DNA of 43,258 bases from a virus: IMG/VR virus record IMGVR_UViG_3300050154_000067. One strand, given 5' to 3'. The notes beneath the pieces are model-generated. The model made no database searches and was not told the DNA's origin. It saw only the letters and a list, made by a program, of their open reading frames with translations. Below, piece after piece: positions 16,285 through 26,846 of this stretch. Made by a program: the position numbers and the translations under genes. Numbering within the stretch: the first letter of the stretch is position 1; the number at the start of each line of letters is the position of its first letter.

Positions 16285-16512
16285 TTACCCCTTAGGCTTG
16301 TTGAGTATCATTTTGTTGTGATTGTCGACAGTGATAATTTCCAGCAATTGCCACAGGTCGGCCACGCCGTAATGGGTGTCCAACTCATACAGCGTGGCTT
16401 TTCCGGCGGATATCACTGTAGCTAGAGGGATCGGAATGTTGAGGTATTCGACTAAGCCGCCCGGCACCTCATGATTGTGGACGCCGAAGTCTATTGCCCG
16501 ACGGCTTTTAAA
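16285..16512 (-). CDS. -1 frame extension of the tail assembly chaperone (GT-like frameshift product, ~203 aa in total)
   Basis: ORF 16285..16467 is in the -1 frame relative to 16491..16895. That frame stays open back to the slippery site. Confidence 0.6.
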   Translation of the reverse strand, partial: FKSRRAIDFGVHNHEVPGGLVEYLNIPIPLATVISAGKATLYELDTHYGVADLWQLLEIITVDNHNKMILNKPKG

Positions 16513-16895
16513 AAATCCACATGAAGGTCAAAAACGGCCTTACGCAGCAAAACGCGGGTTTTCACTTCTTCAATATCATCCTCAATCAGCGCCCGAGTCA
16601 GTTCACGATTCTGAGGATTGGGGACAATTTGAATACACTGCATCATTTCTGCTAGCAGGATGTCGGCCTCTTCAATGGGCAGTTTCATGATCAGCCCCAG
16701 GCCAAACGAGGCAATGGCCGAAAAACCGGCTTTTTCGATGCCGTCGGGCAACTCAATACCGGTGCGCCCGATGGCGAGCAGCGCTCTCACAGCCCAATGT
16801 TCACCCTGTGAGGCTGACATTTCAGTGAGTTTGAAGAGCTTCCCTTTGTCCCGTCCTTCTGCTGTCACTTCATAGTACGAGATTTTGCGGGCCAT
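16491..16895 (-). CDS. Tail assembly chaperone (G-like, zero-frame product)
   Basis: 134 aa, located between the tube and tape-measure genes. Confidence 0.65.
   Translation of the reverse strand: MARKISYYEVTAEGRDKGKLFKLTEMSASQGEHWAVRALLAIGRTGIELPDGIEKAGFSAIASFGLGLIMKLPIEEADILLAEMMQCIQIVPNPQNRELTRALIEDDIEEVKTRVLLRKAVFDLHVDFLKAVGQ
16506..16515 (-). promoter_or_regulatory. Slippery sequence for -1 programmed ribosomal frameshift (T_TTT_TTA_AAA)
   Basis: The zero frame reads GAT TTT TTA AAA GCC. It contains the overlapping heptamers T TTT TTA and T TTA AAA, 5 codons before the stop. Confidence 0.6.
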
Positions 16896-17326
16896 TAGCT
16901 TTGTACCCCTACGACAGATTCCCAGCGGATCACAAACGGCATTGGCTGAAGGAATTTCTTCACATCAGGGAAAGGCTTGTGAGACCACAGCGCCCCATTG
17001 GTCAGGGTGTATTTCATGCCGATTGACGGGATGTTAATCGATGCGTTAGCCGTCAGGACGTCTTTCAATGCCGCTTCGGCATTAACCCACGTCTGAAAAA
17101 TGATGGCATCCGGTGTATCGGGCAGGATCAGCATCGATATATCAACGAACGCAAATTTATAGCCAAAGTGGCCACCGCCACGCAGATCTATCTGCGATTC
17201 CTTGGTCTCTATCGCGTTGGATGAGAAGGAGTCGTCGAGGCTAAATCCGGACAGTGTTTGCGGCGAGGTATACAGATTTGTGATAGCCAGCGCAAATGAG
17301 CAGTTGGCCGCTGTCAAAGTAGACAT
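16895..17326 (-). CDS. Tail tube protein
   Basis: 143 aa, directly after the sheath gene and before the chaperone. Confidence 0.65.
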   Translation of the reverse strand: MSTLTAANCSFALAITNLYTSPQTLSGFSLDDSFSSNAIETKESQIDLRGGGHFGYKFAFVDISMLILPDTPDAIIFQTWVNAEAALKDVLTANASINIPSIGMKYTLTNGALWSHKPFPDVKKFLQPMPFVIRWESVVGVQS

Positions 17327-17335
17327 GTTTTACTC

Positions 17336-18805
17336 CTACTGAATTTCAATTGAGGCCAGATTAAGCTGCTGGATAGAACCGCCATCACTGTAATACAGCG
17401 TCATTGACGGGCTGGTACGGGCTGAGCGAATCGCCGCCGTCGCATCGACAATTTGCAGATAGAAGCCCTGGGTGATGATGTTCTGCGACACATCTGTGCC
17501 GATCGCGTATTTAATCTCTGCAATCTGAGCACTGGATAGGGAAACACCTTTGCGAATAGTGCCGAAATTGATGGCCGCATTAATCGGATCCAAGCAAGCC
17601 GCATCCACCAGCGCATAACCATCTGTATCGTACGGAATTGAGTTAACCTCAAGCAACAGCGTGACCATGGCCAGTTGCAGTTGGGCATTCAGGTAAATCT
17701 GGTTAACGTAGGAATCAGCCCAATCGTATTCGCCAGAAATCGACCCAGGGTAAACAATATTCCAGTTGTTTTTGGCTGTTGCGTACGCCCCGAAATAGTT
17801 GTATCCGTTGGTAATCAAGTTGGCGGCGACAGAAGCGTTTGTTACTGACGGCGACACGTTGGCATTCTGTCGGAATGCGTAGGTGATGCGACCGTTTTTG
17901 CGATCCCAATCAATACTGGCGGTGATGCCGAGGATTAATGCCGCGTGAGTGTTATTCCCGTAAATTGGGAATGAACCATTATAGTTGTTTTGCTGCAGCG
18001 CATAACCCCAGGTAGTAGTACTTCCGCTAACCGTGGCATTAATGTCGCTGTCATAACCGACATACATGTACCGCTCATTTTGCGCAGACGTCCATGCAGA
18101 GAATGCGATTTTATCTGCCGTGACGGGTTCAAAAACAGTGGTAAAAGCTACCCAGTTTTGCGTTTCCAACACAAACGCGCTCATAAACGCGTTAGGAGTC
18201 GCAGCAGCAGCCCCTTGAGAGGTCACCGCCCCCGTTGCGGACGTGAGCAGCAACGATGCCGCCAATGTGCCTGATGCAAACCCGATTGTCGATGCGGTTC
18301 CGGTGGTGCTGGATGAAATGATAAATGCGCATTTGGTTGAATCGTACGTCACTGGATGGCCCAGTGCTGTAGTGATCAGTGCCGCAGCGGCGCTAAACGA
18401 TGTTACGCCAGTCAGATTAATGCTGGATGCAGAAACCACAGTGCCATCGATGGTGACAGACAACGTACCTGACAATGCCTGCAACTGACTCAATGTCATC
18501 CCTGCCAGGCTTGCGCCTCGCAAATATGCAGACACAGCCGATGATGGGTACTGCGTGAAAATCATTGCACCAGGTGTTTTTGTGCAGTTGGTAAACCCAG
18601 AGAAATAAATTTGCGCCAGAGCATATTCAGTCGATGATAAACCGAAATATGAACCGACATCGGTAGCGCTGGTAAACGACACGTAGGTGCCTATTGGCAC
18701 ATAGGGATTATTAGTCAAAAAGACGCCGTTAGCGTCCACCGCCGCCCCAGCCGCAGCCAGGACGCCCGGATTAATTTTTACCAGATTCGATACTGGAATA
18801 GTCAT
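17336..18805 (-). CDS. Contractile tail sheath protein (DUF3383-like by recollection)
   Basis: 489 aa, first gene of the sheath-tube-chaperone-TMP block. Confidence 0.65.
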   Translation of the reverse strand: MTIPVSNLVKINPGVLAAAGAAVDANGVFLTNNPYVPIGTYVSFTSATDVGSYFGLSSTEYALAQIYFSGFTNCTKTPGAMIFTQYPSSAVSAYLRGASLAGMTLSQLQALSGTLSVTIDGTVVSASSINLTGVTSFSAAAALITTALGHPVTYDSTKCAFIISSSTTGTASTIGFASGTLAASLLLTSATGAVTSQGAAAATPNAFMSAFVLETQNWVAFTTVFEPVTADKIAFSAWTSAQNERYMYVGYDSDINATVSGSTTTWGYALQQNNYNGSFPIYGNNTHAALILGITASIDWDRKNGRITYAFRQNANVSPSVTNASVAANLITNGYNYFGAYATAKNNWNIVYPGSISGEYDWADSYVNQIYLNAQLQLAMVTLLLEVNSIPYDTDGYALVDAACLDPINAAINFGTIRKGVSLSSAQIAEIKYAIGTDVSQNIITQGFYLQIVDATAAIRSARTSPSMTLYYSDGGSIQQLNLASIEIQ

Positions 18806-19371
18806 TTAGTTGCTCCCGGAGGAAATTTGGCATCGACCTCAGCGAGGCCAATGATTAACTGAGCGGCAAAGTCCTGCGGCACAGTGACTGTGGGGTTGAA
18901 CTGCAGAGTAACGTCGAGCGTCCAGCGATCTTGAAACTGCTCCTCGGCATTAATCATGTTGGTGTTGTGTGGGTCACCGGCATAAAGCGGCGCTATCGAT
19001 TTACTGGGTATGCCCAATGTCTGACAGGCTGTTATAAACAACCCACAGGCATAGGGCGTGCGCCAGAGTGTTGATATCAGCGTGGCGTTGTCGTGAGCCT
19101 GCGCACCGTAGCAGTCGAGCTGACAGCGCCATTTCTTTGACTGGGTATTACCCTCGGTACCCGTTCCCGCCACACCGGTATCGTGATATGTTTTTCGGTT
19201 CACTGAGATGCCGACAGAATCGATCGGCGTCATTATCGTGAACGTTCCCTTTGGCATAGCCACCCGATTTTGCTGTGACTGCACCACATCCCCACTGACC
19301 GCAGATAACAAAAAACCGCGCAAGGCGGTCAGGAGAATAGTTTCAGTGATGTCTATAGTGGCGACTGTCAT
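18802..19371 (-). CDS. Neck/tail-terminator-region protein
   Basis: 189 aa, coupled to the sheath gene; assigned by position only. Confidence 0.35.
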   Translation of the reverse strand: MTVATIDITETILLTALRGFLLSAVSGDVVQSQQNRVAMPKGTFTIMTPIDSVGISVNRKTYHDTGVAGTGTEGNTQSKKWRCQLDCYGAQAHDNATLISTLWRTPYACGLFITACQTLGIPSKSIAPLYAGDPHNTNMINAEEQFQDRWTLDVTLQFNPTVTVPQDFAAQLIIGLAEVDAKFPPGATK

Positions 19372-19742
19372 GGCGTATCCACCTGCAAGTTAACGATGAA
19401 TCGACACCAGTCATGCCACTCTTCCAGCGGCTGGACAATCAGCCAAGTCTCGGTACCAATCACCAGCAGATCACCGCCTTTCTGAGCACCACGATTAACG
19501 CCCTCAAAGTTACCATTTACATAGGCTTCCTTGACGATGCCGGTCAGGTTTAGACCGTCAGTTTGCTGCAGCCCTTTGTATGAAAGAGGCTGTAACTGCA
19601 CCGAGACGGGGATCGGTGTGGCATACGTTGGCGTACGCGAACCAGAATCATCCGTGGTGTACCCTGTACTGACAAACATCTGGCCTGCAATCTGTGGATT
19701 AACAGCAGAAATCACCCCGCTGACAACATTTTGCAGATTCAT
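19368..19742 (-). CDS. Head-tail joining protein
   Basis: 124 aa; assigned by position only. Confidence 0.35.
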   Translation of the reverse strand: MNLQNVVSGVISAVNPQIAGQMFVSTGYTTDDSGSRTPTYATPIPVSVQLQPLSYKGLQQTDGLNLTGIVKEAYVNGNFEGVNRGAQKGGDLLVIGTETWLIVQPLEEWHDWCRFIVNLQVDTP

Positions 19743-20308
19743 GATTTCACCTCGAAATCGACTGAATTCAGCATATGACCGGTATCAATCAACGGCTGAT
19801 TGAATCCTTTACTGGCAATCGTCGAAGCAGCATTAGGGGGATCGTCAACATTTCGGATGCTCTCCTGCAACTGCCCCTTTATTTTCTCACCCATCAGCGC
19901 CAGTGTTTTGTTGCCGTCATAACTGGTTGCTTTCAGTGTGTCAGCCATATCCTTGCCCCAGCCCGGAGACTCTTCAGTCAGCATGGTTCGAAAGTATGGA
20001 CGCGCCGGAATAGTGATAATGTGAGCGGGTATCGTAACAGTCTGAACAAAGTTCCCCTTCCCGCGCTTCACGAACCGGTTTTTAACCTCGCCATTTTTGG
20101 CTTGTTTAAACTCCAGATCCTGGGTGCGTTCCGGCACTGAAATGGAGCCACCAAACTCTTGCACGGCAGCCACCATGGCAACTGACGTACCGTCCTTATA
20201 AGTAGCCCCTTCAAGAAAGCCGACACGCAGCGCATCCCCCTTCGCCAGGTTGCCAGCCAGTTCTTCGAGATAAGCCTGCAACTTGTCCCCACCACTAAAT
20301 CCTGCCAT
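19739..20308 (-). CDS. HK97-gp10-like head-tail component (start at ATG 20308, not 20434)
   Basis: ATGA overlap with the upstream stop at 20308; 'AAVQEFGG' motif. Confidence 0.5.
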   Translation of the reverse strand: MAGFSGGDKLQAYLEELAGNLAKGDALRVGFLEGATYKDGTSVAMVAAVQEFGGSISVPERTQDLEFKQAKNGEVKNRFVKRGKGNFVQTVTIPAHIITIPARPYFRTMLTEESPGWGKDMADTLKATSYDGNKTLALMGEKIKGQLQESIRNVDDPPNAASTIASKGFNQPLIDTGHMLNSVDFEVKS

Positions 20309-20742
20309 CACCACCCCCTGCGCCATGAGTAATTCGGGTAACCCGATGGTGACGCGCCCGGGACATACATTGCAGTCCGGTAAGGTGCCGTAGCCTGCCA
20401 GTATGCCGCGCCGTATTTGGTCTGCATGTACCACGCCGAGCTTTCGCTAGTTGGCCCCATATCAGTAGATACCGAAACCGAGCCTTGAGACGCAGAACTG
20501 ATGCGCCCCACCAGCTCAGAAGCCGCATTACCATTCACACCACTGTTCAGTGCTGTAATGTGTGCCGTCAGCATATTCAACAATACCCCACGCTGGCCAA
20601 CGTCACTCACACGGCTATTTTCAGTGTTATTGAGGTACATCGTTGCCTCTGCAAAATACGCATTGATCACAGCATCTGGCACAGAGGCAAACTCTGCATA
20701 GCGGGCGCGAAAAACCGTTAAGTCAAAGACAACGACGCCCAT
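20308..20742 (-). CDS. Head-tail adaptor (DUF4054-like by recollection)
   Basis: 144 aa; N-terminal '[18 protein letters not shown]' is typical of that family. Confidence 0.5.
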   Translation of the reverse strand: MGVVVFDLTVFRARYAEFASVPDAVINAYFAEATMYLNNTENSRVSDVGQRGVLLNMLTAHITALNSGVNGNAASELVGRISSASQGSVSVSTDMGPTSESSAWYMQTKYGAAYWQATAPYRTAMYVPGASPSGYPNYSWRRGW

Positions 20743-21086
20743 TATTTAGCCCCTGCTTTCATGGCCTCTTCGTCTTTCTGAACGCCGTTACCGGGCTTAT
20801 CCGGATCCAGACCTTCAAAGCCGTTTTTTTCGTCCGCGCGTTCTTTTGCTGCTGATAACGCGCTGTTCGCTTTTTCCTGAGCAAAAATCAGCTCATTTTT
20901 CACGTAAGGCAGATCAGCGTGAACGGTCATGAACTTGTCGAAGAAATCTTTATCAATCCCTTCAGTCAGCCCGTAACCGCCAATTACGCGGGAAGAGTTA
21001 GCACCGTTAAAAGTCACTTCCACGCCATCCAGTTTCACTTTCAGGCCATGCGGCAATTTGCAGCCTACAGTTACAGTCTCTGCCAT
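20742..21086 (-). CDS. Hypothetical structural-module protein
   Basis: 114 aa, coupled downstream of the capsid gene. Confidence 0.4.
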   Translation of the reverse strand: MAETVTVGCKLPHGLKVKLDGVEVTFNGANSSRVIGGYGLTEGIDKDFFDKFMTVHADLPYVKNELIFAQEKANSALSAAKERADEKNGFEGLDPDKPGNGVQKDEEAMKAGAK

Positions 21087-21089
21087 GAT

Positions 21090-22142
21090 TTAAACCCCTA
21101 ACATCTGTGCAATTGCCAGTGGCTGGCGAATGATGGCACCCCAGGTACCACCGGATTTTTTCTGCTGGAACCCGGACAGTTCGGTGACTACCGGATGAGC
21201 GCGCATTTTTTCCGTAAATGCGCAGTAACCCGTGTCCTGCTCGTCCAACTCTTCCGAAATCAGTTGCACCAACTGGCCTGCGGTTGTCGCGTACTCGGGG
21301 GCGGTTTCAATCACCAGATTAGGGAAGTTGGTTTTCAGGAGCGTGTACACATTGACGTTGTACTGATTGGTTTTCAGCAGGTTCGCTTCGGCGACAGGCG
21401 ACATACACAGTTTCAAGCGCGCATCACGTTCGATATAACCATTGGTTTGCGCGATCATCTGTGGGTACAGCACTTCTGCGATGTCGTTATAGACTCCTGC
21501 CCCATCCTTGGTTGACCAAAGCACACCGCCGGATGTTCCGGTAGCCGCCGGAGTTACCGGAGTGGACAAGCTTGGATCATTTAAAATGCCGTAGTTTTGC
21601 AAACCAGAAATCCCATAGAAGTAGGACTTGTTCTGGAACTTATTCAGGGTCAGCGCAGAGGCAACGTTTAACTGAGCTGCCCAACCAATGCGCGCGGCAC
21701 CATACATATCCAGTTCACGCTCACCCCACTTGGTAATGGTTTGATAGTGATAAGACTGGCGAGGCACCCAGTTCACGTTAGCCGAGGTATTACCGTTGTT
21801 ATTGAAATCGCCGTAGCTGGACACACGACCAGCAGATTCAATAATCGGGAATTGCGCTGTCAGGGTTGTCCAGTCACCCTTTTTGGTTTCACCCAGGATA
21901 CCGGCAGCTTTCATGGGCGTGGTAACAACACGGATCAGGTCTGGGTCAACCACATTGGTTAAAAATGCAGGTACGCCAGAGTTGCTCTGTGTAATAAGCG
22001 TGGGTTGGGCATCCATTGCCAGGTTGTAGTCACTGGCATACTCAGGTGCCAGATAATCCTGAGCGCCAGGCAGAATTAACCCGTAATCACGGGAAGCCAC
22101 CTGCATATGCTGGATAAATTCAGTGCGTGTCATGCGAGGCAT
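21090..22142 (-). CDS. Major capsid protein (DUF2184-like by recollection)
   Basis: 350 aa, downstream of the scaffold-like and decoration-like genes; composition and position are typical. Confidence 0.7.
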   Translation of the reverse strand: MPRMTRTEFIQHMQVASRDYGLILPGAQDYLAPEYASDYNLAMDAQPTLITQSNSGVPAFLTNVVDPDLIRVVTTPMKAAGILGETKKGDWTTLTAQFPIIESAGRVSSYGDFNNNGNTSANVNWVPRQSYHYQTITKWGERELDMYGAARIGWAAQLNVASALTLNKFQNKSYFYGISGLQNYGILNDPSLSTPVTPAATGTSGGVLWSTKDGAGVYNDIAEVLYPQMIAQTNGYIERDARLKLCMSPVAEANLLKTNQYNVNVYTLLKTNFPNLVIETAPEYATTAGQLVQLISEELDEQDTGYCAFTEKMRAHPVVTELSGFQQKKSGGTWGAIIRQPLAIAQMLGV

Positions 22143-22146
22143 ATAG

Positions 22147-22626
22147 TTAGTTCCAAGTTGTGATCATGACCAGTTCACCCGCAGCGACTGCGCTACCGGC
22201 ATAGAACGACGTTTCCACATAACCAGCGATGGTTGCACCAGCAGCACCAGTACAAACCTGGCCGGTAGTCAGTGAAGCAAAGATTTTCTGCCCGACAGTG
22301 GATGCTGTGGATGTGCGAGCTAGGAAGTCACCACGCGTCATCAGTGTGACCTCGCGGCCTGGCTGAATAAGCTGCGATGCCTGACCGAGCCAGGTTGTGA
22401 TGGACGCTTGTCCTTCGCGATGCACGAAACCAGATGGCGCACCGGTACCGGCATTTGACGCCACACCGTTAGCAACCCAGGCAAAGTAGCCGACAGTCAG
22501 CCCGGCAGAACCAGCCACCAGCGCACCATCGGTAGCCAGCAGAGAGGCTGTGGGGTTTGCGGATGCAAAATCCCCCTCAATCCCAGGAGCTGGATACATA
22601 TTCATTGCAGATTGAAATCCTGACAT
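22147..22626 (-). CDS. Capsid decoration/cement-like protein
   Basis: 159 aa, Gly/Ala-rich, immediately upstream of the capsid gene. Confidence 0.4.
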   Translation of the reverse strand: MSGFQSAMNMYPAPGIEGDFASANPTASLLATDGALVAGSAGLTVGYFAWVANGVASNAGTGAPSGFVHREGQASITTWLGQASQLIQPGREVTLMTRGDFLARTSTASTVGQKIFASLTTGQVCTGAAGATIAGYVETSFYAGSAVAAGELVMITTWN

Positions 22627-23987
22627 TAGTAGCTCCGTTTCAGCTTGCCAGCGTTAGGGAATGCCTGGGAAAACGAGTCAATCACTGCTGAGTCGTTAGC
22701 AAGAGGCGTTGGTTTTACTGTGGCTTTTTGCGCTTTAGCCATAGCGATCAGAGAGGCGTAGGCCGACGGGTGTACACCGGTGGTATCAATGCCGAGGGAG
22801 TCCAGCGCGAACTTACGAACAGCGGTACCAGAATCCATGGCAATCACCTGCCCCACCAGCGGCATAACCTCTAGCTCCGCAGCACGGAGATCATTAAATG
22901 CGGCAGTTGCCTGAGCGGTGGCTCGTTGAGTAGCTGCGCGAATAGCCGCATCCATAGCTGGACGGTCAACCGGTTTATCCGCACCACCTTCAGGTGGCTT
23001 AGGGTCTGTCTTATCCGGATCCGCATCAGTAGCCGCAGGCGTCAGTGCCGCGCGGATTTTTTCCAGCGCTTCATCGGAAACCTTGCCTTTCAGCAGTTCC
23101 AAGATGCTATCAACATCTTCATCAAAAGCAGGGTCGCCATCACCATTGCCGCCATCACCCGGGTCACCATCGCCACCCTCAGGCGGAACTTCGGATTCGG
23201 TGGACTCCAGCAGTTGCGCCAGCTCCATAGGGTCGATATCCATGTCTTGGGCTAGCAAGGTTGAATATCGGTTTTTGACGGCAGCAGCAATGGCTACCGG
23301 CTTTTTCTGAGACTGAACAATCGTTGTCAGGTCAGTGATAGCAGCGTCTTGCGCCAGGCGAGGCTTCAGGTAAACCCGAAGCGCAGCGCGGACAGCGATC
23401 GCTTTATTGGATAACTTCATGTGTTTTAACTCCGGTGGGAGGGAATCGAATACATAGACGTCAGAACCGGCTCGGCCATCAGTCACAAGGGCAACGTGAT
23501 TACCGACAATGTTTCGCATCACGCCGTCGTACGGCTCGCCATCTGGCGTATTACCGGGTGTCATGTCAGCGACGTAGGCATACGACGACGACAGTTCTTT
23601 TTGCTCTTCGGTTTCAATACCGGATATCGCTGAGTTATCCCAGATTGACAGGCCGTTGAAGAGGTAAGGCGCTTCAAAAGAAGCATTGCCGTGCGTGACA
23701 CCGACACGGTATTCGCGCGGTGGGTCACCCGGCGTATCTGGCGTATGCACGCACAGAATGGGGATGTTATTGAATGTCGGGGCGGCTTTTTTCAGCTCAT
23801 CGGGATGCCGCCATAGCCTATAGAGTTTGTCAGGCTGCAAGCCCAACGCTTCTGAGTTGGGGATTTCTCGCCCGTAATACTCACAAACGTTTGATTTGCT
23901 AATGGCGCTGCGAGCCACTTGTAGCCGCCCTACAGCGTCATAATGGCGCACCGATCCCCGGTCAAAGGCTAACCGCTCAATCGTCAT
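22626..23987 (-). CDS. Scaffold/prohead-processing protein (DUF2213-like N-terminus, acidic helical C-terminus)
   Basis: 453 aa with an acidic low-complexity '[16 protein letters not shown]' linker and a helical Ala-rich tail; position upstream of the capsid gene. Confidence 0.55.
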   Translation of the reverse strand: MTIERLAFDRGSVRHYDAVGRLQVARSAISKSNVCEYYGREIPNSEALGLQPDKLYRLWRHPDELKKAAPTFNNIPILCVHTPDTPGDPPREYRVGVTHGNASFEAPYLFNGLSIWDNSAISGIETEEQKELSSSYAYVADMTPGNTPDGEPYDGVMRNIVGNHVALVTDGRAGSDVYVFDSLPPELKHMKLSNKAIAVRAALRVYLKPRLAQDAAITDLTTIVQSQKKPVAIAAAVKNRYSTLLAQDMDIDPMELAQLLESTESEVPPEGGDGDPGDGGNGDGDPAFDEDVDSILELLKGKVSDEALEKIRAALTPAATDADPDKTDPKPPEGGADKPVDRPAMDAAIRAATQRATAQATAAFNDLRAAELEVMPLVGQVIAMDSGTAVRKFALDSLGIDTTGVHPSAYASLIAMAKAQKATVKPTPLANDSAVIDSFSQAFPNAGKLKRSY

Positions 23988-24008
23988 GTTTATCTCGGAT
24001 TTCAGGCA

Positions 24009-24034
24009 ATAAAAAAGGCCGCCTAAGCGACCTG
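24009..24034 (-). terminator. Rho-independent terminator after moron A
   Basis: The minus strand reads AGGTCGC-TTAG-GCGGCCT followed by TTTTTTA. Confidence 0.6.
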
Positions 24035-24041
24035 GTAGGAA

Positions 24042-24539
24042 TTAGTGAAAGGAATAATTTCTCAACTCATCCAGTATCTGAAGATAACACCTTTCAAAAA
24101 ACTGAGTACAATCAACACTATCAGGTTCTCCGCCGATGGACGCCGCAAACATCATGCAAGTGATCGGACCTTCTCCATTAAGTGAGAATAAATACTCATC
24201 ACCACGCCGAGCAAGCTCGACATGAAGCACAACAAAGCCAAACTCAACATTCGAATCCAGCATGCTCACCGACACTCGAATATCAAACTTCATCACGCCG
24301 TTATCGAAACCAATTGGAATATGTCTATTAGCTTGAGAACAGTCCGTTGTAAAGTTTCCCACCTGCACAGCAGCGCGAGAATTTCCGTGAAAGTCTTTTA
24401 TTACCAGGCCGCTGGCACCAAGATAGTTCAAAAAATGCGTGCCTATACTGTTGAAAACGTCATGCATGGGCTTCCAATAATCATCATCTTTTTTCTTAGC
24501 CAACTGCAATGCGTTCTGAAAATCATTATACTTTGCCAT
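24042..24539 (-). CDS. Moron A: 165-aa protein of unknown function (start ATG 24539)
   Basis: AAGGA SD before ATG 24539. Visibly AT-rich insert between MuF and the scaffold gene, with its own terminator and no recognisable motif. Confidence 0.65.
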   Translation of the reverse strand: MAKYNDFQNALQLAKKKDDDYWKPMHDVFNSIGTHFLNYLGASGLVIKDFHGNSRAAVQVGNFTTDCSQANRHIPIGFDNGVMKFDIRVSVSMLDSNVEFGFVVLHVELARRGDEYLFSLNGEGPITCMMFAASIGGEPDSVDCTQFFERCYLQILDELRNYSFH

Positions 24540-24583
24540 TCTTATTCCTTTTTGTGTGTAGAAATAAAAAGCATAGTCCTGAT

Positions 24584-25414
24584 TTACTTGGAAGTCTTTG
24601 CCGATCGCCATGAAGATGGTGTGACTATTTCCCAACCGCATCTGCATCGAGGTTTTTGACCTGGGAAAATGTATTCGCCATCAATCAGCATTCCCTTTCT
24701 GAGCTTAAACCGCTTACCATTTGCCTTCACATGTGACTTTCTGGGGTGCTTTCCTGCATGCGAATGCCTCCATATGCCCTCATCAATCCCAATAGATTCC
24801 TGCCTGGCTGCCTGCATAACTGCAGTTGCCTTGTTGTTTTGATCTAGTGCTATAAATGCAGCACGCCTCCGTGTTATGCCGTAGCGTTCCTGTAAATCAT
24901 CTGTCAGTTGTGATAGGTCACGGCCACGAGCTACGGATTGCATCACCAGCGTACGCACCTGAGTAAGATGTTGTTCGGGAATACTGCGAATGAGATTTAC
25001 GTTCTCGGCAATCGAAGCCTGCAATGCGTTGTTCAGTTCAGCCGTCATTTTGAACGGCACGGTAAACCCCGCTTTCTCCAATGCATTAGAGAGCGATACA
25101 TCGGCGTTTTGCATTACCTGTTCACCGAACCGGCTGGCCAACTGCTGTGCAATGTCATCAAAGTTTTTCTGCCATCTGGCGGAAAGCTTTTTCATGGCAT
25201 TACGCATATTGATTGCGGGGCTGGCGTCCATCGCCAGCGCACCGGATGCCCGGTAGTGTGCACTGATCCAATACATCAGAGATTTATGCATCTCCTTGAC
25301 GCCATCATCCAGTTTACGACGGTACCAGGCTTCAACCCCCGCGTTCGGCGGAACTGGACGAATCACTCCAGTCGTCGTTTTCCTCGTCAGTTTCTCCGAT
25401 TTCGATACCATCAT
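24584..25414 (-). CDS. Head morphogenesis protein, MuF / SPP1 gp7 family
   Basis: 'WRHSHAGKHPRKSHVKANGKRF' conserved MuF motif; follows the portal gene. The annotated start overlaps the portal by 83 nt, so the true start is uncertain. Confidence 0.75.
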   Translation of the reverse strand: MMVSKSEKLTRKTTTGVIRPVPPNAGVEAWYRRKLDDGVKEMHKSLMYWISAHYRASGALAMDASPAINMRNAMKKLSARWQKNFDDIAQQLASRFGEQVMQNADVSLSNALEKAGFTVPFKMTAELNNALQASIAENVNLIRSIPEQHLTQVRTLVMQSVARGRDLSQLTDDLQERYGITRRRAAFIALDQNNKATAVMQAARQESIGIDEGIWRHSHAGKHPRKSHVKANGKRFKLRKGMLIDGEYIFPGQKPRCRCGWEIVTPSSWRSAKTSK

Positions 25415-26846
25415 CTAACTCCAGAGAGGAATAGGGATTGTCGGGGTCGGCGGCCAGTGACTCTGCGATAACCTGGCTACTGATAGCTCCGATAGCTTGG
25501 TAAATCTGATCGGTTTCCGCGTTGGTCTTGCGGATCGTAGATTTCTGCTCATCGGTCATTTCATGCAGTGACTCAAACTCGAATGTGATACCCGTGTCGA
25601 TCTCACCAAACAAATGCAGCTGAATGATGTTGAGCGCTTTCTGTAGATTGTCATGGCAAATTGCCATCTGAAGGGCTTTGATGAAATCGTAGAAAACCTT
25701 GATTTCCCCCTCACTGCTCGCGTTAAGCCCGACAGGAGATAGCCCGGCAAACTTCACTGCAGGAATGCCGCTGATAAAGAAAAGGTGCTCCATGGCTTGT
25801 GCCTGGAGTGCATCGAGTCCACTCAGTGGTGTGTTGTGCTGAAAAAATTCCTCAGTGGCTTTATCCACCAGCATTAAACCGCGATTGTCGCGAAAGCGAT
25901 TGAACATTTTCGCGCGTTTTATAACATTAGGATCAACAACCCCACTCAGAGACGACGCCATATTCGTAGCCAACCCGCTGGTGGAAAACGAGTGGACCAT
26001 ATCGCTGATACTGTCGCGGGTGCGCAGCCAATTATTAACGTAGGGTTCGGCAAGCTGCGTCAGCGATATACCGCCAAAATTAAAAGCTGCTTTGATGATG
26101 TCAGGGACCGGCCGGCTGATGAAGTCCATCATGCGGCTGGCGTGCACCGTCTTACCCATTACGTACCACTGCGCAGGCTTATAAAAATCGGGTGACAATG
26201 GGTTATCCGAATTATATATACCCGGGTAAGTCCACATCGGTTCGATTACGCGAAACCCGACCAGGCTACCTTTTGTAATTTTCTTCGGTGAGATAAAAAG
26301 CGCAGATTCCAACTCGACCGGATCTGTCCAAGGAGTGATACCGCGCGGCGTTTTCACATCAATGTAAATCTGCCCACGCCCAAAGAACCCATCGTGCTCG
26401 ATAGCCTTCTTAAAGTGGTCACGAAGTTTGAACTGCTCCATGGCATCGATGATGGCTTTGACCTTGTCGGCCTTTTTGTCATCACCACTCGCTTTGATCT
26501 TTATCCACTTGCGTGTCATTTCTTCAGCAAGTACGCCGGACATTTTCCGGTTTTCTGGCATCGTTGCCCGCAAGGAAAGATAAGCGTAGCCAGGAAAGCC
26601 CCCATCAACGCCACCCATACCACCAGCGTTCAAATCATCATAGGGCGTTGCATCCATAGCCAGAACAGCGCTGCGGATACTATCCGGAATAACGCCGCGT
26701 GGTGGTTCGTAGCGCTCGATTACCTTGCGTGGCGGTTCACCGCACATAGCCAGAAGCTCATCACTCACTTTCAATGGTGCTGGCACCACTGGCTTTTCAG
26801 GCTCCGATGGCGGAGCGCTGACGGTTTTCTTTTTAAAAGGCCACAT
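25332..26846 (-). CDS. Portal protein
   Basis: 504 aa, immediately after TerL (ATGA overlap at 26846); acidic C-terminus. Confidence 0.75.
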   Translation of the reverse strand: MWPFKKKTVSAPPSEPEKPVVPAPLKVSDELLAMCGEPPRKVIERYEPPRGVIPDSIRSAVLAMDATPYDDLNAGGMGGVDGGFPGYAYLSLRATMPENRKMSGVLAEEMTRKWIKIKASGDDKKADKVKAIIDAMEQFKLRDHFKKAIEHDGFFGRGQIYIDVKTPRGITPWTDPVELESALFISPKKITKGSLVGFRVIEPMWTYPGIYNSDNPLSPDFYKPAQWYVMGKTVHASRMMDFISRPVPDIIKAAFNFGGISLTQLAEPYVNNWLRTRDSISDMVHSFSTSGLATNMASSLSGVVDPNVIKRAKMFNRFRDNRGLMLVDKATEEFFQHNTPLSGLDALQAQAMEHLFFISGIPAVKFAGLSPVGLNASSEGEIKVFYDFIKALQMAICHDNLQKALNIIQLHLFGEIDTGITFEFESLHEMTDEQKSTIRKTNAETDQIYQAIGAISSQVIAESLAADPDNPYSSLELDDGIEIGETDEENDDWSDSSSSAERGG

